Assembly (NCBI GenBank): GCA_004020645.1
Contig: SAQL01000025.1
Span: 45,274 to 85,273, forward strand
Source: Mesorhizobium sp.
Lineage (GTDB): Bacteria > Pseudomonadota > Alphaproteobacteria > Rhizobiales > Rhizobiaceae
Reading direction: 5' to 3'
DNA length: 40,000 nt
Shown here: positions 17,501 to 25,505 of the stretch, in pieces
How positions within the stretch are numbered: position 1 is the first letter of the stretch
Layout: every line of letters begins with the position of its first letter
The notes under the pieces: generated by a model
What the model saw: only the letters and a program-made list of their open reading frames with translations
What the model was told of the DNA's origin: nothing
Database searches by the model: none
Translations under genes and position numbers: made by a program

Positions 17501-19141
17501 GATTTCCCGATCACGCTGCACTTCACCAGTGATGACGATCGAGCTGCGGCGATCGGATTTGCACTCGAGGTCGACGGCTTCCGACTGGATCTGGCATTAC
17601 CCGAACCACATGCCCTTGCAGCCAGTATCCTACCCCCCAATCTCATTGCCACCAGCACGCTCGCCTACCTACGCGATACATTCCTGTCCGACTCAGAGCT
17701 TCCTAACGACCTGAACTCGTTCCAGCGCGAATGGCTTTTTCAGTTTCTCGTCTCAGTGGTGATGGCGGATGCGGCTGTAAACGATCGTGCGATTGCGGCG
17801 TCTATCGCAGACCTGCTCGACGACGATCGCATCACGGGTGTTTTCCGGGGCGTAATGGAAGAAACATTTGGCGCGATCCCGCCGATCACACCAGACGATG
17901 ATGACGCCGATGACGCTGATGCGGAGGACGAGGACGACGCGACGGCAATAGATATTAGTGCAGGCCCAGCCCGGGCAGCACGCGGTCCCGGCCGCTTACA
18001 GCAAGGCCTGTTGCTTCAACTGGGTCGCCCCATCGTTCGCGAGCGGCTTCGTGCCATTGCCGCTCAACTTCAGTCGGTCAATGCCGAGGCTTTCAACGTT
18101 TGGTTACGCCGTCTGGTGCTGGAGACGCTTGGCGAAGCAATGCTGCAGGCGTGCATCGCCGCTGCGCCGCGGCAGGCGACGGTCGATACGCTCCTGGTCG
18201 ATGTTCGTGACGATGTACAAGGCGGCATCGCGAGCGTCTGGATTACTGAGTCGACGCTTGGTGGAGCAGGTGTACTCGAAGCCTTTGCCGAACGCTTTGC
18301 GGCCGAACCGCGCCTTTTCTTCACCGCCCTCGAGGCGGCCCTTGCGCCGACAGACCTGGAACTTGTCGATGACGGGTTGCGCGAGATCGTGGCTTTAGGC
18401 CTCGCAAATCAAGATGTTGGCGATCAGATTGCGCGATTGCGATCGACCAATTCCCACGGCGAACGCGAAGCTCTGTGGCAATCGCTTTCGCACCGCCTGG
18501 CTCAGAGAGGAGGGATCGACCTCAGCCACGCTTTGTCGGTCTCGCTCAACAACCGCTTGCTGCGCACAGGATCGGGCCCACAACTCGACCGGCTGTTGCT
18601 CGACCTCCAGGCCCATTGGGATGCTCTCGAAAGCCGGTTCGGCCTAGCCATCGAATTGCGCGAACTTGCTTATATCTGCAGCAAGGACGTAACCCTTTCC
18701 GCCGCGATCCGAGCCTACCTCTCAGCGACCCTACCGCCGGGTGCAATTGGGCATGTCACCGTCCTTGCGGCTATCACGAGCCTGTTATGGCCGCGCGCCA
18801 ATGAAGTGCGCAAGCGCGTACTCCAATCTCACAATCCCTTCCGCCGGACTCGGAGCACCGATCCGGCCATCGTCCGCCACCTGATGCTTAGCCGGTCGAT
18901 CGCGACGATCGAACTCTCAGACCCAGACTGGCAGGCAGCGCTAAACGCGGCGTTCGACGCGCAGGGCTCGGTGCGGCTGGCCGCGGATGCCAGTGACGCG
19001 CCCGCGTTGCGTCGCGCACTTGTCAGGTTGGTCGTAACGCCGGTCAGCATTGGTGTGCTTCAGTTCTTCCCCACCGTTGAACGCGTCGAACGCTCTCATA
19101 GCCGGATCTTCGTGAGCCTTACGCTGCGGGAGCAAGTCTGA
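14561..19141 (+). CDS. dpdJ: Large DEAD/DEAH-box (DEVH) helicase, DpdJ-like
   Basis: ATG 14561 lies 8 nt after the dpdI stop. The ORF track's 14393 start lies inside dpdI in another frame. Motifs: TAGTGSGKTIAFYLPG (I), LLDEVHTY (II), LSATLG (III), QRKGRAGRG (VI). A Zn-ribbon-like insert is CPWMRCPSCD...CAEPGCQGH. An acidic linker is PDDDDADDADAEDEDD. Confidence 0.8.
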   Translation: MPLSVQALAVLDRIEAIEMRSLEWGFTDGSLSEDEAYALGDTVVVGAPAGGADGQDLVEELIEARLIFEMPDMGGDVRIRSRFAEMMRLLAANRQLFPNRPWQGAPSLVADFRVDRRPRRFPRRDRAPNVILQDNPNIIGTSPLRRDLWQSLTARSSLRFSAFQERAAVRLSSATDDGGTIVTAGTGSGKTIAFYLPGMIRIGEAIDANYWVKAIAIYPRIELLKDQFAEAFRMAREIDAPLRAHGRRALMIGALFGATPRRASRQELSDRNWQRRGQDFVCPWMRCPSCDAELFWRGSDIDSGTEQLVCAEPGCQGHVSEDQIVLTRGRLQRHPPDILFTTTEILNQRLSDQWMRGLFGVGLPAGRKPMLALLDEVHTYAGATGAQAALTLRRWRHLLGAPIGWVGLSATLGDAARFFADLTGAHPDRVVEITPTVEEYAEEGAEYQILLRGDPGSRTSLLSTTIQTAMLLPRLLDPPGATDTSGSFGRRAFLFTDDLDVTNRLYDDLRDAEAYTIFGRPDAQRLPLANIRRAGPDAAVRDVEGQRWRICEDIGHPLDRRLIVGRTTSQDAGVNQAANIVVATAALEVGFNDPLVGAVIQHKAPRGMASFLQRKGRAGRGRAMRPITLTVLSDYGRDRAFYQAFEHLFDPTLEPQHLPIRNPYVLKIQAVFALFDWLAANTGGYEKAWQWDILSRPHPQPSSAVRAVIDLTRTKLTQLVQGDPATIESLRIYLASALGVSRDVVDTLLWEAPRSLLLEAVPTLVRRLFRNWELAFPTAVGSLDLQDNFHPLPDFVPRSLFSDLSLPEVRVIIPPASVNHEERIEAMPILQALNQFVPGRVTRRFAHERGALSHWIPVDPAFPEQQRRIGDYAESHEYVGTFSGSLNDHTGGPPLLVFRPWAVRLERAARSDALPSSNARLVWHSDIMANGDPLTIPVPLRSEWRRYVRTIDFHLHRFRSSVSVRRFAPMAHANVRTLQDDFPITLHFTSDDDRAAAIGFALEVDGFRLDLALPEPHALAASILPPNLIATSTLAYLRDTFLSDSELPNDLNSFQREWLFQFLVSVVMADAAVNDRAIAASIADLLDDDRITGVFRGVMEETFGAIPPITPDDDDADDADAEDEDDATAIDISAGPARAARGPGRLQQGLLLQLGRPIVRERLRAIAAQLQSVNAEAFNVWLRRLVLETLGEAMLQACIAAAPRQATVDTLLVDVRDDVQGGIASVWITESTLGGAGVLEAFAERFAAEPRLFFTALEAALAPTDLELVDDGLREIVALGLANQDVGDQIARLRSTNSHGEREALWQSLSHRLAQRGGIDLSHALSVSLNNRLLRTGSGPQLDRLLLDLQAHWDALESRFGLAIELRELAYICSKDVTLSAAIRAYLSATLPPGAIGHVTVLAAITSLLWPRANEVRKRVLQSHNPFRRTRSTDPAIVRHLMLSRSIATIELSDPDWQAALNAAFDAQGSVRLAADASDAPALRRALVRLVVTPVSIGVLQFFPTVERVERSHSRIFVSLTLREQV

Positions 19142-19668
19142 TGGCCGCTGATTCCCGAGATTTGCACGGCCCAGCCCAGTCGCGGGCCGTGCGCGACCTG
19201 TTCCAGGGGCTTTTCATCGCCGAATTGATTAATCCGAGCCCCAAACTTTGGCTGTTCTTCGCGTGGATTTCGGATGTCGAGATCATCGACAATTCGGCAC
19301 GCCAGTTCGCAGCACTCGAACCCGATTGGCCTGCGACGCCCATCCAGCTGTCACAGGTGTTGCGCGCATTGTTGTCGCGCGGAGTCCATATCCGGCTGAT
19401 CATTCGTGAAGACGGCCACAACGACTATTTCATTGCCCGACTTCGGACGCTGAAGGCCCGATATGGCGACTTGTTGAAATGGACGATCGAGAAGAGCTTT
19501 CACGCCAAGGGACTGCTCGGCGCCGACTATTTCCTCGCCGGATCTATGAACCTGACCTTGAGCGGGATTTCAGTCAACGACGAACATCTCGTCCTGCGGA
19601 CCGATCCGGCAGTGGTCGCCGAGCAATCGATCGAACTTGAGGAAAAATGGGAGGGCCGCGTCGTATGA
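19141..19668 (+). CDS. dpdK: Phospholipase D-family (HKD) nuclease-like protein, DpdK-like
   Basis: Single HKD motif HAKGLLGADYFLAGSMNLT (HxK-x4-D-x6-GSxN). The ATG shares one base with the dpdJ TGA (TGATG at 19139-19143). Confidence 0.8.
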   Translation: MAADSRDLHGPAQSRAVRDLFQGLFIAELINPSPKLWLFFAWISDVEIIDNSARQFAALEPDWPATPIQLSQVLRALLSRGVHIRLIIREDGHNDYFIARLRTLKARYGDLLKWTIEKSFHAKGLLGADYFLAGSMNLTLSGISVNDEHLVLRTDPAVVAEQSIELEEKWEGRVV

Positions 19669-21806
19669 TCGGCACCGATGGCGACGCGTCCCGACAAGCG
19701 CTTGCCGATATCCTGGCGATCAATGCCTTTGGTGCCCTGGATGCCGAGTTGGCCGCGCTGTGCTCTGCAGTTTCCGACAGCATTGCCGATCCCAATTTTC
19801 CGGGTGCGCTAATCCCCACGCTCGATGCAACTGGCGACATTCAGGTGATGATAGTCGCACCGACGGTGGCTTCCTGGCGGCGCCTGAAGCCCGTCTTGGT
19901 TGCTTTTGCCGGACCGACTTTGACCTCGTTCGACGGCATTCCGGAAGCGCTTATTTCCGGTCAAGCCCTGTCCGACAGAGTGGCGCAGACCCAGCCGGCC
20001 GTCACAGGCATTATGCGGCTCCCCGCAGATCGGCGCGCGCGCATGACGGCGCTGCGCGCATTGATCCGAGCGCGCGATACATTGGCACGGGCTCCCGAAT
20101 TGCAGCGTACTGCGCCGGTCCCGACAAGCTGGTTGCTCGCGCGCTACCAGGATTATCTGAATGTCGGCCGGCGCGCCGCGGCGGCAGAAATTCTCGGGCG
20201 TTTGCGGTCCGAACTGCGGCTCGACTCTCTGAATATCAAATTCCTTGAAGTCCAATTGCACGCGACTTTTGCCGAATGGCAGGCGATCGTTGAACTCGGT
20301 GGTTTCTCCAGCCTGTGCGTCGCGCGGCGTACACCCGCGATCACCGGCCTTCTCCTTGAGGCGCTCTACCACACCCATCTCGCCCAGCCATTCGATGCGC
20401 AGGATGTAGCCGAAACCCGCCGACGATATGAAAATCTGGTGCGGCCTCTCGCGCAGCCAATGTTGACGGCGCCGGCGCCTGCCGCGCTCACCGCCCATGG
20501 ATGGCGGATCTACGGCCTTGAAGCCTTGCAGGCCCCGGATCGAACCGACATTGCCGATCTGCTGGTGCAAAGGTCCGACGACCTTGGATGGATTGGCGGC
20601 TTGCTGCCGGTCTCGTCTGCCCATCTGGAAAGCGCGATCGCCGCCGAAGCACCGCTCGACATAGCGCGCGAAGCGCTTATGCGCGTCGATGCCGTCGACA
20701 GCAACGACCTGCTTGCGGATGCCCGCGCCGCGCTTGCCCGTCTTGCGCCTGAGGAACGCGCGCTTTTGAGAGAGGCCGACCCCTTCCGGCCCCCCATGCA
20801 GATTGCCGAGCTTTTAGAGGCGACTGTGCCGCCCACTTCCTGGGTTGATTGGCTCGACCGTGCAGCTGACGTGAGTTTCGTTAGCGCGCTTGATGTGGCC
20901 AGGCAAGCAAACAATGAATGGCCGATCAACGCGACTGCGGGCGATCCGGTCGCGGTCCAAGCGCTCGCTGCCGCGCTCGATAGGGCGCAGGTGAGCGATG
21001 TCGCAGCCGAGCGAACCGCCCAGGCTTTGCCATACCTCGTGGCGTGGCTGCAGCGGGTTCCGGATTTCCCCCGCGCAGCAATGACACCAATCTACGCGAG
21101 CCTCTTGACCCTGTTCGCGCTTAGCAGGGCGCGCGGCGCGACGACCTATGATTCAAGCCAGGTTCTGATTGGTGCTCTGCTGACCAGCGGCCTTGATAGC
21201 AAAGCCTATAAAGCTCTGATCGCCGACATTAACGAGATCGCAGGCGACGGCTTCGGGATCGACATGATCTATTGGATCCTGGAAATAGTGGAAGACTTCA
21301 TGAAAGCGAGTGCGCCTGATGCCAGCGCTCGCGAAGATTTCTTCCACGGCGTATTGGCGCGTGTCGCGCCTATTTATGCACGCCTCTCCAGCCTACAGCG
21401 GTCTGCGATCGGACAATTGGCAGCCGAACTGGGGTGGAAGCTGCAAACGTTCGGCGTCAGCCCAGGTCGCGATACCCCTGACAGCTTCTCCGCTCGTATC
21501 CAGGGTATGCGCATCGCAATATACTCACTGACTGAATCCTCGAGCCGGCAGGCTAAGGCCGCCTTGGAACAAGTTGCTTCGACCATTATCGTCGATACCA
21601 ATGCCGATTATGGTGGAACTGCGCGGTTGCGTGCACTGGCCGAAAATGCCGATCTGTTTGTAATGACTTGGTTGTCGGCAAAGCACGCTGCGACCGACTT
21701 CATACGAGAACACCGGGGCAGCCGGCCACTGATTTACGCCCAAGGTAAAGGCTTCTCGAGCATATTGCGCGCAATTGAAGACCACATCCGAAGCCTTTCG
21801 ATGTAG
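19665..21806 (+). CDS. Hypothetical 713-aa protein coupled to dpdK; C-terminal DUF2325-like Rossmann-type tail (possible DpdD equivalent, unverified)
   Basis: ATGA overlap with the dpdK stop (19665-19668). The body is Ala/Leu-rich and helical. The C-terminus, IAIYSL...NADLFVMTWLSAKHAATDFIREHRGSRPLIYAQGKGFSSILRAIE, resembles the DUF2325 pattern as I recall it (D.vv..t..vsH.....k......p.........s). Confidence 0.55.
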   Translation: MIGTDGDASRQALADILAINAFGALDAELAALCSAVSDSIADPNFPGALIPTLDATGDIQVMIVAPTVASWRRLKPVLVAFAGPTLTSFDGIPEALISGQALSDRVAQTQPAVTGIMRLPADRRARMTALRALIRARDTLARAPELQRTAPVPTSWLLARYQDYLNVGRRAAAAEILGRLRSELRLDSLNIKFLEVQLHATFAEWQAIVELGGFSSLCVARRTPAITGLLLEALYHTHLAQPFDAQDVAETRRRYENLVRPLAQPMLTAPAPAALTAHGWRIYGLEALQAPDRTDIADLLVQRSDDLGWIGGLLPVSSAHLESAIAAEAPLDIAREALMRVDAVDSNDLLADARAALARLAPEERALLREADPFRPPMQIAELLEATVPPTSWVDWLDRAADVSFVSALDVARQANNEWPINATAGDPVAVQALAAALDRAQVSDVAAERTAQALPYLVAWLQRVPDFPRAAMTPIYASLLTLFALSRARGATTYDSSQVLIGALLTSGLDSKAYKALIADINEIAGDGFGIDMIYWILEIVEDFMKASAPDASAREDFFHGVLARVAPIYARLSSLQRSAIGQLAAELGWKLQTFGVSPGRDTPDSFSARIQGMRIAIYSLTESSSRQAKAALEQVASTIIVDTNADYGGTARLRALAENADLFVMTWLSAKHAATDFIREHRGSRPLIYAQGKGFSSILRAIEDHIRSLSM

Positions 21807-21974
21807 ATGACTTACGGGAACTGTTAGCTAGATCAGCGGCTCTTTGGGCGAATTGCGCTGTCGATATCAGATTCACAGGCGCGCAGACGTCTCACCGGAG
21901 ACGATTGCGGCGCCACGCGCGACAGTGAAGCCACGACTTCGCATCAGGAGCGTTGCGCCGCGCGAGAGCGAGCT

Positions 21975-22781
21975 TCATTGGGGTTGGCTGTGGAATTTGT
22001 TGGATTTCTGCGGAGGGTGACTTGCCTTCAGCACGATCGCCGGCACTTCGGCAAAGGACGAAACTGTGAAGTCCGGTTGAACCAGCTGGGGATCCGCCTC
22101 CCATCGCGGCTTGAAACCACCAGGATAGTAGATCGTTATCAACCCAGCCTCCTTAGCCGGACGGATATCCCGCTCGAGTTGGTCGCCGATCATATATCCG
22201 GGGGATGAAACACCCGGCAGCAATTGGACGCGCTTGTAGAGGCCCAAATGCTTGGGCGCCTCGATAATCCGATCGATATAATGGCCGATCCCCTGCGAGC
22301 GTGCTGTCCGCGCTGCCTTTTCCCGGGATCCCTCGGTGACAACAGTAATCAGACAACCAGCCGTATGCAGGGCATGAATACCTTCAGCCACTCCGTCACG
22401 GAGATCAGGCAAACGTTGAACGGCAGCGAGGAACGTTCTTTCGGCGGTTTCTGCTTCCAGGTCCCCAATCACTTGCCGCTCGGTCGCGCTCGTCCACGCC
22501 AATCTGGCCGCCTCCTGAGCGCGGACTCCAGTGAGCGCTAGTGCAATTGCCTTAGCCAAGTGGCGTGGTGGATAACGAAGGCCGGCGTGATGTCGCTCTG
22601 CGAGCATCTGATCCAGAGACCGAACGTACGCAAGCCTATCCTCGGGGATCGCTTCCCTCTTTAGAGCCCTTTCTACCAACCCTAGCAGTTCGAGTTGGGC
22701 AGACGCAAAGACGCGATCTGTATCCCACAATGTGTTGTCGGCATCGGTGAGTACGTTCGTTTTGACAACTGCTCCCCTCAC
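21975..22781 (-). CDS. HAD-superfamily hydrolase/phosphatase
   Basis: Motif I LTDADNTLWDT (DxDxT), motif II ITVVTEGS, motif IV GDQLERDI. The GTG start overlaps the stop of the upstream membrane-protein gene (GTGA at 22778-22781). Confidence 0.75.
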   Translation of the reverse strand: MRGAVVKTNVLTDADNTLWDTDRVFASAQLELLGLVERALKREAIPEDRLAYVRSLDQMLAERHHAGLRYPPRHLAKAIALALTGVRAQEAARLAWTSATERQVIGDLEAETAERTFLAAVQRLPDLRDGVAEGIHALHTAGCLITVVTEGSREKAARTARSQGIGHYIDRIIEAPKHLGLYKRVQLLPGVSSPGYMIGDQLERDIRPAKEAGLITIYYPGGFKPRWEADPQLVQPDFTVSSFAEVPAIVLKASHPPQKSNKFHSQPQ

Positions 22782-23800
22782 TGCGGAGCTACCTTGTCGT
22801 TTTGAATCGGCTTAGTCGCTGAAGGATCCTCGTTCGATCGATTGGTAGAATCCGGCTTTGGCTCGACCGCTTCTGCGCCGGTTCCAGTTGGGTGCACGTT
22901 CTCGACGACCTGGGCACTTTTCTCCATTGGCGTTGGCCCAACAAGGATGTTTACAAGTCCAAGAAGCGCCAACCAGACAAGGAGGCACCGAAGTCCGAAC
23001 GCAAGTGTGTTCTGCGCCGGTTCGAGATATCGTACCTTGTCTGCGACTTTTGCCGCTACCAGATAGCTCTCGCCAAGGTAGTTGCGCAGGTATCGAATAG
23101 AAAGATCTGGACGTAGGTGAACGGAATCTGACGTGGGCGCCGCTGTAACAAACGACGCAGCCCAAGCTGATGGGCGCACAGCAATAATTGCCGGGAAGAA
23201 AAGATGCGACTTTGGCTCGGCCAGTTCGCGTTGGAGATTATTGGGATCGGTTGTCGGAAATTTGAACCGCGTACGTGTGGCATGAAAAATGACCAATGCC
23301 CCACTAACTGCGCTCACCAGGAATATGGCGAAAACGAGATAAGTCAGCCCGATAAGAAATCCCTTGTATGACAAAAGCATGTTCATTGAGGGAAGTGGAT
23401 ATGCTTCATTGAAGCGCGCGAACAATACACCGGAGAGTGCGCTTAAGAACGTGGCGATTGTCAGGAGACGGAACGCTTTTTGATCTTGATATTCGGTAAG
23501 GTCCTTGACCTCGTCGAGTGACTCCCTGCCTCGCTGCAGAGCAGCCTTGAGGATCTCGCTTGGCGGTTGAATTCCCGAGCTACTTTTGTCAATTTCGCTG
23601 CCAGATGTGGTGTCAATGAGTTTTTCCGTTTCAGCTGCTATTTCCATTAGTATCTGCTCACTGGTGAGCGATACAGTACTTCGCGACTCGGTTAAGCGAG
23701 GAAAATGCTCGATGTCTGTCGACCAAAAGGCATTCCAAACGGCTCTCCAAGATGAAAGACTTTCCCCATTCTTGGCCATCTTGATTTGCATCCTCTTCAC
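22778..23800 (-). CDS. Multi-pass membrane protein, Pycsar-effector-like (PycTM/DUF5706-like) candidate
   Basis: At least three hydrophobic helices: FRLLTIATFLSALSGVLFARF, FLIGLTYLVFAIFLVSAVSGALVIF and LAFGLRCLLVWLALLGLVNILVG. YQDQKAFRLL before TM1 and SHLFFPAIIAV after TM2 resemble the DUF5706 pattern as I recall it (faDtKA...; s.iFF..ia). The gene is visibly AT-richer than its neighbours. Confidence 0.45.
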   Translation of the reverse strand: MKRMQIKMAKNGESLSSWRAVWNAFWSTDIEHFPRLTESRSTVSLTSEQILMEIAAETEKLIDTTSGSEIDKSSSGIQPPSEILKAALQRGRESLDEVKDLTEYQDQKAFRLLTIATFLSALSGVLFARFNEAYPLPSMNMLLSYKGFLIGLTYLVFAIFLVSAVSGALVIFHATRTRFKFPTTDPNNLQRELAEPKSHLFFPAIIAVRPSAWAASFVTAAPTSDSVHLRPDLSIRYLRNYLGESYLVAAKVADKVRYLEPAQNTLAFGLRCLLVWLALLGLVNILVGPTPMEKSAQVVENVHPTGTGAEAVEPKPDSTNRSNEDPSATKPIQNDKVAPQ

Positions 23801-23841
23801 GCAGCGGCTTTATGCGGGTACCGATCGCAGGTTTCCAGATT

Positions 23842-24408
23842 TCAAGCCGGCATAAGGCCCAGTCGACGATCTCGCGCGCGCAGCAATGCCAGGAATGGAA
23901 GGGCGGCCAACACCATCCAGGTCTTACCCACGACTTGTCCTGCCAAAAATTCAACGGAACCGAAAGCAAGGCCGAGAAACACGATGCTGTCGATAACAAG
24001 CCCCACCATACTGCTTGCGACGGCGGCACGGATGAATCCGCGACGCTGCAGCGGAGTGTAAACCGCTAAGTCTGCGATTTCCGACAACAGAAAAGCGACA
24101 GTGGAGGCGACGACCAGCGCTGGCGGCGCAAAACTCGCCGACAACAAGGCGCCGATCGCAATTGCGGCAGCCGTCCAACTTAAGCCAAGTCGCCGCTGCA
24201 CAAGGTCGCGCAGCACCAAGGCGAGACCTACCGCCAACACCCCGCTGGGAGCGTCAATTCCGGGCGCCACGGGGATCAGGCATGGACCATTTGGTACACA
24301 GGTTGTCCCAACATTCCCGATGAGCCAGTTCGCAAGCGGGATGCATCCAGCAAAGCACAAAGCGAACACGATTCCTTCCGTCCTACGGAGGCGATCGATC
24401 TCAGCCAT
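23842..24408 (-). CDS. VUT-family / YhhQ-like queuosine-precursor transporter candidate
   Basis: 188-aa polytopic membrane protein. It overlaps the queC stop by 8 nt. Composition and size fit the short COG1738/DUF165 proteins found in que clusters. Confidence 0.55.
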   Translation of the reverse strand: MAEIDRLRRTEGIVFALCFAGCIPLANWLIGNVGTTCVPNGPCLIPVAPGIDAPSGVLAVGLALVLRDLVQRRLGLSWTAAAIAIGALLSASFAPPALVVASTVAFLLSEIADLAVYTPLQRRGFIRAAVASSMVGLVIDSIVFLGLAFGSVEFLAGQVVGKTWMVLAALPFLALLRARDRRLGLMPA

Positions 24409-25162
24409 TGGACAACTCCTGCGTCAGCGGTAGCGTTGCAGTTCGCTTGGCGAACTGTCGATATCCCTTCGCGCGCAACTCGCATGCCGGGCACACGCCG
24501 CAGCCTCGTCCCCACTCATGGATGTTCCCGACTTCCCCATGGTAGCATGTCAAAGTGCTAGTGCGGATCAAGTTCACCAGGGCCGTCCCACCTAGTTCTT
24601 CGGCAAGGGTCCACGTCTGTGCCTTGTCTATCCACATAAGCGGAGTCTCGAGAACGAAACGACTCTCCATACCTAGGTTGAGGGCGACTTGAAGCGCTTT
24701 CACCGTATCGTCACGGCAGTCCGGATATCCGGAAAAATCGGTTTCGCAAACGCCAGTCACTATGTGCTTGAGACCTCGACGGTAGGCGACAGCAGCAGCA
24801 AATGTGAGGAAGATAATATTCCGCCCTGGCACGAAAGTGTTCGGCAAACCGGATTCTGTAGTCGCGATCTCAACGTCGCGCGTCAATGCCGTCTCGCTGA
24901 TTTCGCCGAGCACAGACAGATCGAGGACGCGGTCCTCGCCGAGTTTGGCGGCCCATTTGGGAAAATTGTGCTCCAAGCCAGCTCGGAATTCGCCCCTCGC
25001 GTCTAGCTCGGCGCGATGCCGCTGCCGATAATCGAATCCGATAGTCTCCACGCGCTCGAATCGATCGAGGGCCCAGGCAAGGCACGTCGCAGAGTCTTGG
25101 CCGCCGGAAAAAAGAACGAGCGCACTATCGGTTGCCTGTACTAGGTGTTGCGGGTCAGCCAT
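24401..25162 (-). CDS. queC: 7-cyano-7-deazaguanine (preQ0) synthase QueC
   Basis: PP-loop [17 protein letters not shown]-terminal Zn Cys cluster CYHGE...[10 protein letters not shown]. Start ATG 25162 overlaps the queD stop (ATGGCTGA). The ORF is also open from ATG 25198. Confidence 0.9.
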   Translation of the reverse strand: MADPQHLVQATDSALVLFSGGQDSATCLAWALDRFERVETIGFDYRQRHRAELDARGEFRAGLEHNFPKWAAKLGEDRVLDLSVLGEISETALTRDVEIATTESGLPNTFVPGRNIIFLTFAAAVAYRRGLKHIVTGVCETDFSGYPDCRDDTVKALQVALNLGMESRFVLETPLMWIDKAQTWTLAEELGGTALVNLIRTSTLTCYHGEVGNIHEWGRGCGVCPACELRAKGYRQFAKRTATLPLTQELSNG

Positions 25163-25505
25163 TGTACTCGGCCCAGCAGTTCGGGGTTTCGTAGACAACT
25201 ACCGCGGTCAGTGGCAAAAGCGGCCTAACCCGGTTCCAGATCCAAACCGCAATGTTCTCGGCCGTCGGATTGTTCAACCCCTCGACTTCGTTAAGGCAAT
25301 GATGGTCGAGTTGGGCGAGCAATGGATTAAACGCCGCCTCCACGTCGAAGAAGTCGACGACGAAGCCGGTATGAGAGTCGACAGGCCCCTCGAGGCGGAG
25401 TTCGATTCGATAGGAATGACCGTGCATACGGTGACAGCGGTGCGTCAACGGAACATGGGGCAACCTGTGCGCGGCCTCGAAGGTGAACGCCTGAGTTATT
25501 TTCAT
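25155..25505 (-). CDS. queD: 6-carboxy-5,6,7,8-tetrahydropterin synthase QueD
   Basis: [40 protein letters not shown] is the typical QueD/PTPS-like His/Cys motif set. ATG 25505 overlaps the queE stop (ATGA). The product is 116 aa. Confidence 0.9.
   Translation of the reverse strand: MKITQAFTFEAAHRLPHVPLTHRCHRMHGHSYRIELRLEGPVDSHTGFVVDFFDVEAAFNPLLAQLDHHCLNEVEGLNNPTAENIAVWIWNRVRPLLPLTAVVVYETPNCWAEYNG

Noticed and set aside
4311-19668. Alternative classification of the SNF2 + helicase + PLD operon as DISARM (drmD/A/B/C) or Druantia (DruE-like).
   Set aside because: There is no methyltransferase and no recognisable four-Cys DUF1998 module. The gene order (SNF2, RecQ-like, x, P-loop, x, DEVH, PLD) and the adjacent dpdA/queCDE operon fit the Dpd restriction arm better. 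An HMM search is still needed to confirm.
21888-21903. Hairpin CGTCTC-ACCG-GAGACG in the 168-bp convergent gap between the 713-aa gene and the HAD gene.
   Set aside because: The stem is only 6 bp and has no flanking U-tract on either strand. That is too weak to call a terminator.
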